Assembly: GCA_035360515.1 (NCBI GenBank)
Contig: DAOSAY010000001.1
Location: forward strand, 135,341 to 199,340
Length of the DNA stretch: 64,000 nt
Reading direction: 5' to 3'
From: Bacteroidales bacterium
Lineage (GTDB): Bacteria; Bacteroidota; Bacteroidia; Bacteroidales; VadinHA17
In this document: positions 51,063-59,924 of the stretch, in pieces
How positions within the stretch are numbered: position 1 is the first letter of the stretch
How the letters are laid out: each line of letters opens with the position of its first letter
Program-made: the position numbers and the translations under genes
Notes under the pieces: model-generated
The model's database searches: none
The model's input: the letters and a program-made list of their open reading frames with translations, nothing else
What the model was told of the DNA's origin: nothing

Positions 51063-51200
51063 TAATAATTATATTTTATCAATTCAACCGGGGCCAGAGC
51101 AAATATAATTAAAAAGAGTGTCAGTTTTTTTATTGTTGAAAAAATCCTTTCAAATCCTGAGTATCATTGATAAATCCTGAAAAAATTGACATATAATATT

Positions 51201-51230
51201 TTTGTAAATTTCAAAATTGTTGTACTTTTG
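51201..51230 (+). promoter_or_regulatory. Bacteroidota-type promoter for rpsF-rpsR-rplI
   Basis: TTTG (51201..51204), an 18 nt spacer, then TACTTTTG (51223..51230), about 39 nt upstream of the rpsF ATG. Confidence 0.5.
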
Positions 51231-51268
51231 CGAGCCAATTAACATTAATAATAAAATTATTAAAAATT

Positions 51269-51622
51269 ATGTTGAACCATTACGAAACCGTTTTCATTGC
51301 AACTCCCGTTTTATCTGAGAATCAGATGAAGGAAGCGGTACAGAAATTTAAGAAAATTATCACCGAAAATTCAGGTGAAATTATTCATGAAGAGAATTGG
51401 GGTCTTAAGAAACTGGCTTATCCAATTAAGAAAAAGTCAACAGGGTTTTATTACCTCATTGAGTTTAAAGGACCCGGTGATATTGTTGAAAAGCTTGAAC
51501 TCCAGTACAGAAGGGATGAAAGAATCCTCAGATTTCTCACCTTCAAAATGGACAAGTATGCTATAGAGTATGCTGAGAAGAAGAGAAAACAGAAAGAAGT
51601 TGAAAAAATTACGGAGGAATAA
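51269..51622 (+). CDS. rpsF: 30S ribosomal protein S6
   Basis: 117 aa. The HYETVFI start and the WG.KKLAYPI block. Confidence 0.93.
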   Translation: MLNHYETVFIATPVLSENQMKEAVQKFKKIITENSGEIIHEENWGLKKLAYPIKKKSTGFYYLIEFKGPGDIVEKLELQYRRDERILRFLTFKMDKYAIEYAEKKRKQKEVEKITEE

Positions 51623-51625
51623 AAG

Positions 51626-51895
51626 ATGGCACAGAACGAATCAGAAATAAGGTATCTTACGCCCCCGGCAGTTGAGATAAAGAAAAAGAAATACTGCCGT
51701 TTCAAGAAGAATAGAATAAAATATGTTGATTACAAAGACCCTGAATTCCTTAAAAAGTTTTTAAATGAACAGGGCAAAATTCTTCCACGCAGAATTACTG
51801 GAACTTCTCTCAAGTATCAGAGAAGGGTGGCAAAAGCTGTAAAAAGAGCAAGGCATCTCGCACTGCTCCCATATGTTACTGACTTGTTAAAATAA
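51626..51895 (+). CDS. rpsR: 30S ribosomal protein S18
   Basis: 89 aa. YCRF......YVDYKD...L..F....[10 protein letters not shown] and AVKRAR.LALLPY. Confidence 0.93.
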   Translation: MAQNESEIRYLTPPAVEIKKKKYCRFKKNRIKYVDYKDPEFLKKFLNEQGKILPRRITGTSLKYQRRVAKAVKRARHLALLPYVTDLLK

Positions 51896-51905
51896 GGAGG
51901 TTGAG

Positions 51906-52352
51906 ATGGAAGTTATTTTATTGCAGGACGTTCCGCAGCTTGGACATAAAGACGAAATAGTAAAGGTAAAGGACGGCTATGGACGTAATTATCTGATTCC
52001 GAAAGGTATGGCAATAGCTGCCACTCCATCGGCAAAGAAAGTCCATGCTGAAAACCTGAAACAAAGAGCTCACAAAGAGGAGAAAATACGTCTTGAAGCA
52101 CAGGCACTTGCCGAGAAACTTCAAGGAATTAACCTGGTTATAGGGGCAAAAACAAGCAGCACCGGAAAAATTTTCGGTTCAGTAAATGCAATTCAGATTG
52201 CTGAAGCTCTTAAAGAAAAAGGGTTTGAAATTGACCGCAAGAACATTATGCTTACCGCAGACCAGATAAAAGAAGTGGGTAAGTATAAAGCCACAATAAA
52301 GCTTCACCGTGACGTGAAGGCTGAAATCGAATTTGAAGTAGTTTCAGTCTGA
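51906..52352 (+). CDS. rplI: 50S ribosomal protein L9
   Basis: 148 aa. MEVILLQDV..LG...E.V.VKDGYGRNYLIPKG.A. Confidence 0.93.
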   Translation: MEVILLQDVPQLGHKDEIVKVKDGYGRNYLIPKGMAIAATPSAKKVHAENLKQRAHKEEKIRLEAQALAEKLQGINLVIGAKTSSTGKIFGSVNAIQIAEALKEKGFEIDRKNIMLTADQIKEVGKYKATIKLHRDVKAEIEFEVVSV

Positions 52353-52367
52353 ATACTGTAACGTAAA

Positions 52368-52829
52368 CTATTTCTTCGCAGCTATTGCATCTATTTCTAT
52401 CAGGGCTCCCATCGGCAGATCTCTGACAGCAAAAGCCATTCTGGCAGGGGGATCCGATGGGAAGTATTCCATATAGATGCGGTTCATGGGAGCATAATTG
52501 TTTATGTCAGTCAATAGAACTGTGCATCTTACAACATCTTCAAGTTTATATCCTGCCTTTTCTATTACAGTTTTCAGATTTGAAAGTGTTTGACGTGCCT
52601 GTTCCTCAAACCCTCCCTCAATCAATTTACCTGTTGCGGGGTCAAGTGCTATCTGTCCCGAGACATAGAGCATATTTCCAACTTCAACAGCAGGGCTATA
52701 GGGCCTGGAAACCGGTGTATTTTCAAGTGTTATGACCCTGCGGAGAGGTGAATCCTGTTTTTTTACCTGTGTGTTGCAGGAACTGAAAAATACAGCCGAA
52801 ACCAATATCCAAACAAATAATCTGTTCAT
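52368..52829 (-). CDS. RidA/YjgF family protein with lipoprotein-type signal peptide
   Basis: 153 aa. The N-terminal MNRLFVWILVSAVFFSSC is a lipobox-like Cys. The rest is collinear with the adjacent RidA paralog (SGQIALDPATGKLIEGGFEEQARQ...PARMAFAVRDLPMGALIEIDAIA). Confidence 0.8.
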   Translation of the reverse strand: MNRLFVWILVSAVFFSSCNTQVKKQDSPLRRVITLENTPVSRPYSPAVEVGNMLYVSGQIALDPATGKLIEGGFEEQARQTLSNLKTVIEKAGYKLEDVVRCTVLLTDINNYAPMNRIYMEYFPSDPPARMAFAVRDLPMGALIEIDAIAAKK

Positions 52830-52835
52830 AGATAA

Positions 52836-53219
52836 TTATTTTGATTTTATTGCAATTGCTTCAATTTCAACAAGTGCTCCTAACGGGAGGTCTTTAACCG
52901 CTAAAGCTACTCTTGCCGGTTGTTCTGACGGATAGAATTTTGAATAGACCTCATTCATGGTTTTAAAATCTTGAATATTACTGAGAAAGACAGTTGATTT
53001 CACAACATCCCTGTAAGTGTAACCTGCTGCTTCGAGTATTGCGCCAATATTTCTGAGTACCTGTTCTGTTTGTTCTCGTATATCACCTTCTATAAGCTTG
53101 CCTGTAGCAGGGTCGAGTGCCACCTGGCCTGAGACAAAGAGTATTCCACCAGCTTCAACTGCCTGGCTGTAAGGTCCGGCTGCTACCGGAGCGTTACTTG
53201 TACAGATTATTCTTTTCAT
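52836..53219 (-). CDS. ridA: RidA family reactive-intermediate (enamine/imine) deaminase
   Basis: 127 aa. APVAAGPYSQAV, SGQVALDPATGKL and PARVALAVKDLPLGALVEIEAIA. Confidence 0.88.
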   Translation of the reverse strand: MKRIICTSNAPVAAGPYSQAVEAGGILFVSGQVALDPATGKLIEGDIREQTEQVLRNIGAILEAAGYTYRDVVKSTVFLSNIQDFKTMNEVYSKFYPSEQPARVALAVKDLPLGALVEIEAIAIKSK

Positions 53220-53256
53220 AGTGAATTATTTTTGATGACCAATACGATATACCATA

Positions 53257-55926
53257 TTAATAAAACTGATCCCTGAAATCTTTTCTTCTTTCATACTTCA
53301 GATCGGCAAGCACTGAGGCTTTTACTTTTATTGTGAAATACCAGCTCTTCATTGTCCCGACAGGTATCCAATCGAAGCTCATATCCCAGCAATGCAAATC
53401 GCGGTAAATACCTATTCTTGTCGTGGTTATCTGTTTGTTTTTGAAATCAAAACCTGTTTCGTAGGTTATCTTTGTTTTCTTAGTAAGAGATAAATCACCC
53501 GTAAGAGATAAGGACTGGATAACTGATGAAGTAAGTGCCTGTTTTGAATAATTCATGCTGTAAGCCAGATGCATAGACCATGGCATGTCGAACCTCGGAT
53601 AGTCAGAATCTGATTCTCTTTCATCTTGATATGCTCTTTGAGCGGATGGTCCACTCACCGGTTCTTCTTCACCATATCCACCTCTGCTTACCATTCCTGG
53701 CGGCGTATTTGTTGCACCTGTCTTTTTCCTGCTGAAGAGTTGATTTACATCAAAGTCAACACTGACATTAAAGCCGGTAAGCCTTAATGGTTTACCCGTT
53801 TGTTTGAAATAAAATTTATTTATTACCTGACCGTTTTCATTGGTTCCATAGAGTGAAAAAGAGCTGTTTGCGGATAATCCAATATTATTTAACAGTACTG
53901 TGCGGAAACTTACACCAACTGGTGACCACCTGAGGCTATCTGCAAAAATATTATAGTAAGTACCTGCACTGAGGTTTTCAATTATTTTTACTTTTTTAGC
54001 AACACCTGTTGTGTCATTTTTATCATGAATTTTAGCTTCAACTATATTTACAAGGCTGAAACTTATCCCACCGCTTCTTTTACCTGCAGAGGGTGTACCA
54101 TGGATATTCCCTTCGAATATTGAATATGTTCTGGTGACACCGTTTACATCGGTATATTGCCTGTACATGTTGGTTGTAAGACCTTTAATTACAGGAACAT
54201 AGCTAAATGAAATAGAAGATTTTATAACATGCCTGATTGCCTCGAGCCTGGAGCCTGGTTTAAACTGGTACATTCCAAACAACTGAGGATTAATACCAGT
54301 GCTGATTGAGGTGTTAACTGATTGCCCGTAAAAAAATCCCCTCAATGTATCAGTAATAACAACAGGTCTTGTCTTACCCAGTTCCGGATCGAAGTAATCT
54401 GTTACCAAACGTTTGTTATATTTCTGTGTATAAAGCACTCCGGAGTATGATAACTGGGGAGAAATAATAAAACCCGGGATTTTTTTGAAAGGTCTGATCT
54501 GAAGGCTCAAAGGTGCGTCGTGCCTGAAACCACTCTGCATGTTATTGAATAACGACCTGGTAAACAGCAAAGAATCGGCAATGTTATATATTCGGTTGTC
54601 CAGCTTGGCGGTATACTGAAACTGCAGGTCTTCGTACCAGCGGGATGGTCCAACTCTTTTCCTGTTTTTAAAGGGGTATATTCTCGACATAGAAAATGTG
54701 GCCTGGGGAAGGTTAAGGCTCATTGTTTTATTCTGAACGTTCTGACTGTGGTTTAAACTTGCAGTAAAATTAAAAGGTGTTCCCTCCCATGTTTTTGAAT
54801 AGCTTATACTCGATTGCCTGGTTGTATTTACATGCTCTGCTATCACATAACTGTTTTGCCTGTCATATAAGCTTGAACTCATGCTAACACTTGCTGAAAA
54901 TCTTGAACCTGGACTGGCTTTTGGGTCCTGGCTGTAAGTCCAGTCAATTCTGTAGTTCTTAGTTTTTGAATAATCTGGCAGTCCCATATGGCCGGTAACA
55001 TTGTTGGCATAACTTAAAAATAAACGGCCTGAATATTTATACCTCTTGAAATAGTTAGATGAGGCACTAACCATCCATGTACCGTTAGTGTACAGTGTCC
55101 CGGTGAGAGAAAGGTCAATATTATCATTTATGGCAAAGTAATAACCTCCATCCCGCAGTGAATAGCCAAGTTCATAAGTAGTTCCAATTTTAGGCATAAT
55201 AATTCCGGAAGCTGCTGCATTCTTACGATAGAGAGGGAAATAGCCAAAGGGTATTACAACAGGCAGGGGAATTCCTTCAAGGACAAGATATGCAGGGCCG
55301 GTAACTATCTTTTTCGCAGGCACCACCTTTGCCTTATTAAATCCGATGTAAAAATGGGGAGGATCAGCATCACATGTTGAATATGTACTTCTTCCAATAT
55401 TTAGACTTCCATCGTCCAGTCGTTTTGTAACTTTACTTCTAAGATATCCTTCTTCCTGTTGCGTAACCAGGTTAAAGACTCTTCCCTTCCTTGTTCTGAA
55501 ATTATATTCCAATGCTTCCGACTCGAAAGATTCCTCACCCTGTTTAAAGACCGGACGTCCAACCATCTTACCGGTTGAATCGGGTCTGCCTGTTGCGTAA
55601 ATAATTCCTGTTTCAGTGTTCAGTACAATCGAATCGGCTGTAAGTGTTATATCTCCATATGTAACCACGGCTTCTTCGACCAGGTATACTTTCCTGTTAA
55701 CCATGTCTGTACGTCTGTAACCCTTTGCTGTGTGGGTTATTGTGCGGTCAACAGCATCGGGGGAAATTTTAAGAGGCTTCAGAATAGTATCTGTTAAAAT
55801 ACTATCTTTCAGTACAAAAAGTGTATCAGGTAATGCCTTTCCCTCCTCCTGCGAAAACACAGCAAGAAACCTGAATAAAATCAGAAAAAAGAATATGAAC
55901 CGTTTTATTTTAAAAAAATAATGCAA
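53257..55926 (-). CDS. lptD: LptD-like outer-membrane LPS-assembly protein (OstA-like N-terminus plus large beta-barrel)
   Basis: 889 aa with a signal peptide. The N-terminal OstA-like region reads YLVEEAVVTYGDITLTADSIVLNTETGIIYATG. The sequence has long alternating-hydrophobicity stretches and a C-terminal aromatic residue (…RDQFY). It resembles proteins annotated as putative LptD in Bacteroidota. Confidence 0.65.
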   Translation of the reverse strand: MHYFFKIKRFIFFFLILFRFLAVFSQEEGKALPDTLFVLKDSILTDTILKPLKISPDAVDRTITHTAKGYRRTDMVNRKVYLVEEAVVTYGDITLTADSIVLNTETGIIYATGRPDSTGKMVGRPVFKQGEESFESEALEYNFRTRKGRVFNLVTQQEEGYLRSKVTKRLDDGSLNIGRSTYSTCDADPPHFYIGFNKAKVVPAKKIVTGPAYLVLEGIPLPVVIPFGYFPLYRKNAAASGIIMPKIGTTYELGYSLRDGGYYFAINDNIDLSLTGTLYTNGTWMVSASSNYFKRYKYSGRLFLSYANNVTGHMGLPDYSKTKNYRIDWTYSQDPKASPGSRFSASVSMSSSLYDRQNSYVIAEHVNTTRQSSISYSKTWEGTPFNFTASLNHSQNVQNKTMSLNLPQATFSMSRIYPFKNRKRVGPSRWYEDLQFQYTAKLDNRIYNIADSLLFTRSLFNNMQSGFRHDAPLSLQIRPFKKIPGFIISPQLSYSGVLYTQKYNKRLVTDYFDPELGKTRPVVITDTLRGFFYGQSVNTSISTGINPQLFGMYQFKPGSRLEAIRHVIKSSISFSYVPVIKGLTTNMYRQYTDVNGVTRTYSIFEGNIHGTPSAGKRSGGISFSLVNIVEAKIHDKNDTTGVAKKVKIIENLSAGTYYNIFADSLRWSPVGVSFRTVLLNNIGLSANSSFSLYGTNENGQVINKFYFKQTGKPLRLTGFNVSVDFDVNQLFSRKKTGATNTPPGMVSRGGYGEEEPVSGPSAQRAYQDERESDSDYPRFDMPWSMHLAYSMNYSKQALTSSVIQSLSLTGDLSLTKKTKITYETGFDFKNKQITTTRIGIYRDLHCWDMSFDWIPVGTMKSWYFTIKVKASVLADLKYERRKDFRDQFY

Positions 55927-55996
55927 CTTTAAATTTTATTTTTGCGACATGTTGGAGATATTTCCGGCAAAACTAACACAATTTAATGTACAATAA

Positions 55997-57148
55997 ATGG
56001 TCGTAACAATTAAAAACGGCGTACTCAACTATTCTATTATCTGCTTTTACCTGGTTTTGTTATTGTTATCAATTTGTAATTCAGTTTATGCGGGTTCTGG
56101 TTATCAGCAACCAGTCAAGGAAAAATGGATCATTGTTATAGATGCCGGACATGGTGGCAGGGACCCGGGTGCAATTGGTTCTTTCAGCTACGAAAAGGAC
56201 ATAACACTTGCAATAGCTTTAAAGACAGGCGAACTGATAGAAAAGAATATCAGTAATGCCAAAGTGATATACACAAGAAAAACAGATGTTTTTATGGATC
56301 TTGCCGAGAGGGCAAATCTGGCAAATAAAAACAAGGCTGATTTATTTATTTCGATTCATGCCAACTGGCACAGATACAGAAATACTTATGGTGCAGAAAC
56401 ATATGTTATGGGGCATCACAAAGACCAGCAGAATCTTGAAGTGGCAATGAAGGAAAACGAAGTTATACTTCTTGAAAAAGATTACACTACCAAATATGAA
56501 GGATTTGATCCAAAATCGCCTGAATCATACATAATATTTACATTAATGCAATCTGCCTTTTTTGAGCAGAGCACAGATCTTGCGTCGAAGATTCAGGTTC
56601 AGTTCAGGGAGCAGATTAAAAGATTCGATAGAGGTGTAAAACAGGCAGGTTTCTGGGTGTTATATATGACTACAATGCCGAGTGTACTGATAGAAACAGG
56701 ATTCATTTCGAACTCTGCAGAAGAGAAGTATCTGAATTCAAAAAAGGGACAGGAAGAAATTGCAGAAGCAATTTTCAGAGCATGCAGTGATTACATAGCT
56801 GAAGTCTACAAAAAAAGCCAAATCTCAGCAATCAGGATTGATAACAATGCCAGTTCAGAGGGAAATGCAGGTGCACCGCAAAGCAATATTGTTTTTATGG
56901 TTCAGGTTCTTTCATCAACAAGAAAAACAGAAATCACTCCAAACAATTTTAAAAACCTGACTGACATAACAGAAATCCATGATGGTAACCGATATAAATA
57001 TGCTGCAGGAAAATTTTCCGACTATAATCAGGCAGTTGCTTACAGGCGTAAAATAGAATCACTTTTTCCAGATGCATTTGTAATTGCTGTTAAAGAAAAC
57101 AAAATATTACCTTTGCAGGATGCTCTCAATGAGTTGAAGAAAAAATAA
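55997..57148 (+). CDS. N-acetylmuramoyl-L-alanine amidase (Amidase_3) with C-terminal SPOR-like domain
   Basis: 383 aa. IDAGHGGRDPGA, DLFISIHAN and PSVLIETGFISN. The C-terminal ~80 aa (VFMVQV.S......N....D........YKY.AG.F..Y..A...R) are SPOR-like. Confidence 0.85.
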   Translation: MVVTIKNGVLNYSIICFYLVLLLLSICNSVYAGSGYQQPVKEKWIIVIDAGHGGRDPGAIGSFSYEKDITLAIALKTGELIEKNISNAKVIYTRKTDVFMDLAERANLANKNKADLFISIHANWHRYRNTYGAETYVMGHHKDQQNLEVAMKENEVILLEKDYTTKYEGFDPKSPESYIIFTLMQSAFFEQSTDLASKIQVQFREQIKRFDRGVKQAGFWVLYMTTMPSVLIETGFISNSAEEKYLNSKKGQEEIAEAIFRACSDYIAEVYKKSQISAIRIDNNASSEGNAGAPQSNIVFMVQVLSSTRKTEITPNNFKNLTDITEIHDGNRYKYAAGKFSDYNQAVAYRRKIESLFPDAFVIAVKENKILPLQDALNELKKK

Positions 57149-57158
57149 CGGAGAAGCT

Positions 57159-58100
57159 ATGAAATTTAAAATATCAAATGAATTAAAGGTTGGGGTAATT
57201 GCAATAATTACGATACTAGCATTCATCTATCTCTATAATTATCTTAAGGGAAAGGATCTTTTTAGTACCATGGCCAGTTATTATGTCATTTATGATGACA
57301 TAAGCGGGTTAACTGAATCGAGCCCTGTGGAAATTAATGGTTTCAAGGCTGGTGTTGTTCAGACCATTAATCTTATGAATGATAATACTGGCAGACTGCT
57401 TGTAGAATTATCAATAAAGAAAAATTATGCTATTCCTCGAGGAAGTGTGGCAGAAATTACGAGTGTATCGCTAATAGCGGGAATGAAAGTCAGGTTGCTT
57501 TACGGGCCTGGTCCAGAAGTTTACAGGAATGGTGATACTATTCCAGGCAGGTTATCTCCTCCGATTCTTACCACGTTTGAAAAAGATTTCTCTGTAATCA
57601 GGGAAAAGGTTAACAACCTGATTGATGAACTCGACACAGCAATTTCGGGAATTAATGACTTATTGTCTCCTGAATTCAGGTCCAATTTAAAGGGTAGCAT
57701 CTCAAACATAAACCAAACAACTGCAAGTTTGAGTGAAATAATGGGCACAAAAAAGACTGAGTTGAAAGATGCTGTTGACAATTTCACTGCTTTTTCATCT
57801 ATGCTTGCATCAAGTTCAGGCAAGATTGACAGAACTGTCAGTAACCTTCAGGCGATAACTGATTCTATTTCGGCTTCAGGCTTATACGAATCTCTTACCA
57901 GTCTGAAAATGACACTTGAAGAAACCAGAACTCTTCTTGATGGCATAAACAAAGGGAAAGGCACAGCAGGTCAGTTGGTTAACAATGACACTCTATATAG
58001 AAATTTATCATCCAGTCTTGAAAGTCTTGACTTGTTATTAAAAGATTTAAAAGAAAACCCTAAAAAATATGTTCATTTTTCAATTTTCGGGCGGAAATGA
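57159..58100 (+). CDS. MlaD/MCE-family protein
   Basis: 313 aa with an N-terminal TM anchor, an MCE core (SPVEINGFKAGVVQTI) and a long helical C-terminal half. No mlaE/mlaF gene lies adjacent. Confidence 0.7.
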   Translation: MKFKISNELKVGVIAIITILAFIYLYNYLKGKDLFSTMASYYVIYDDISGLTESSPVEINGFKAGVVQTINLMNDNTGRLLVELSIKKNYAIPRGSVAEITSVSLIAGMKVRLLYGPGPEVYRNGDTIPGRLSPPILTTFEKDFSVIREKVNNLIDELDTAISGINDLLSPEFRSNLKGSISNINQTTASLSEIMGTKKTELKDAVDNFTAFSSMLASSSGKIDRTVSNLQAITDSISASGLYESLTSLKMTLEETRTLLDGINKGKGTAGQLVNNDTLYRNLSSSLESLDLLLKDLKENPKKYVHFSIFGRK

Positions 58101-58446
58101 GGTCAATTAATAAAAATTATTTAAATATCTCTTTATCACAGCTTTATTTCCATCGAAAATAGTACTCCAAAATAGTACTAGTTTTTTCCTTGAAATATTA
58201 TTTTTTTGATTAATTTTTTAATGTATTGTAACACATACAAGAATGCGAAAAAAATTTTATAACTATTTGATTTATTGTTATTTACCAATAATGAAAAAAT
58301 TTTTCAATTATAAGTTATTGATGATTAAATTCATATAATTTTTTTTAAAAAATCAAGCAAAAAAAATTTTTTTTTTAGTTTTTTTTTTTGCAAATATTGC
58401 TATCTGAAATGAACAAATTAAGGTTTAAAAATCAAACTGAAGAGCT

Positions 58447-59877
58447 ATGAATAAATCGCATACTGAAGTCTGGAATAACTGTTTGAAAATCATTAAGGAC
58501 ATTATTCCTTCAGTAAGTTATAAGACATGGTTTGAACCTATTGTTCCCCTGAAGCTTGAAAACAACGTACTTACCATTCAGGTACCAAGTCCGTTTTTCT
58601 ACGAGTATCTTGAGGAGCAATATATTGACATCCTCAGGAAGACTCTAAGGCGTGAAATAGGAGCTGACGCCAAACTGGAGTACAATGTCATAATGGAAAA
58701 TTCAAATTATGCTGACGGCAAGCCGTATACTGTCAAATTTCCTTCAAGAAATAAAACTGACCTCCAGAACAAGCCTGTGCAGGTACCTTTTGAGCTTACA
58801 CAACCTTCAATTAAGAATCCATTTGTAATACCTGGAATAAAAAAGATACATTTCGATCCGAAGCTGAATCCGGATTACAATTTCAACAACTTTGTCGAGG
58901 GTGAATGTAACAGGCTTGCTCGGTCGGCAGGGATTGCTGTTGGAAATAATCCAGGAGGTACTGCATTTAACCCGATGATGATTTATGGTGATTCGGGGCT
59001 GGGAAAAACCCACCTTGCTCAGGCGATTGGAATACTGGTAAAGGAAAAACATCCCGACAAAATTGTTTTATATGTAAATGCAAATAAGTTTCAGACGCAG
59101 TTTACTGAGTCGATAAGAAATAACAACAAGAATGATTTTCTGCATTTTTATCAAATGGTAGATGTATTGATTCTTGATGACGTTCAGGAATTTGCGGGGA
59201 AGGAAAAAACACAGGATATTTTCTTCCACATATTCAATCATCTCCACCAATCGGGTAAACAGCTTGTGCTAACATGCGACAAGCCTCCGGTTGAATTGCA
59301 GAACATGGAACAACGTCTGCTCTCAAGGTTTAAATGGGGATTGCTTGCTGATCTGCAGAAGCCAGATTATGAAACACGTCTGGCTATACTGAAAAAGAAA
59401 GCATATAACGACGGCATAGAGCTGCCTGATGAAATATTTGAATATCTGGCTGAAAATATTACCAATAATATCAGGGAACTTGAGGCTGCCCTTATTTCAC
59501 TCTATGCTCAGGCAACTCTTAATAAAAAAGAGATTACCATTGACCTTGCTAGAAAGATGGTAGAAAAGCTTGTAAGCACCTCAAGGAAAGAAATAACCAT
59601 TGAATATATTCAGAAGGTAGTTTGTGATTATTACAAAATACCTATGGAACAGATGCTTGGCAAGACAAGAAAACGCGAAATTGTTCAGGCAAGGCAGATA
59701 TCAATGTACTTCTCAAAGAACCTCACAAAAGCTTCTCTGGCAAGCATCGGGTCAAAAATAGGTGGTAAAGATCATGCTACTGTGCTTCATGCCTGTAAAA
59801 CGGTAAACAATCTGATTGACACTGACAAACACTTCAGAAATCAGATACACGAAATTGAAAAAAGGCTTAAGCTTTAG
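58447..59877 (+). CDS. dnaA: chromosomal replication initiator protein DnaA
   Basis: 476 aa. W..CL..I, Walker A GDSGLGKTHL, DDVQEF.GKE.TQ, and the C-terminal DNA-binding block R.REIV.ARQISMY..K.LT..SL..IG..GG.DHATVLHA. Confidence 0.95.
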   Translation: MNKSHTEVWNNCLKIIKDIIPSVSYKTWFEPIVPLKLENNVLTIQVPSPFFYEYLEEQYIDILRKTLRREIGADAKLEYNVIMENSNYADGKPYTVKFPSRNKTDLQNKPVQVPFELTQPSIKNPFVIPGIKKIHFDPKLNPDYNFNNFVEGECNRLARSAGIAVGNNPGGTAFNPMMIYGDSGLGKTHLAQAIGILVKEKHPDKIVLYVNANKFQTQFTESIRNNNKNDFLHFYQMVDVLILDDVQEFAGKEKTQDIFFHIFNHLHQSGKQLVLTCDKPPVELQNMEQRLLSRFKWGLLADLQKPDYETRLAILKKKAYNDGIELPDEIFEYLAENITNNIRELEAALISLYAQATLNKKEITIDLARKMVEKLVSTSRKEITIEYIQKVVCDYYKIPMEQMLGKTRKREIVQARQISMYFSKNLTKASLASIGSKIGGKDHATVLHACKTVNNLIDTDKHFRNQIHEIEKRLKL

Positions 59878-59924
59878 CAGCTAAAGTTAGTCCTGAGCTT
59901 TATAAAATATTTCTGGTAAAACAA

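Noticed and set aside
51245-51263. An 8-bp hairpin (TTAATAAT-aaa-ATTATTAA) in the rpsF 5' leader, as a possible S6:S18 autoregulatory motif.
   Set aside because: The stem is all A-U and lacks the conserved features I associate with the described rpsF leader motif. Such hairpins arise by chance in AT-rich leaders.
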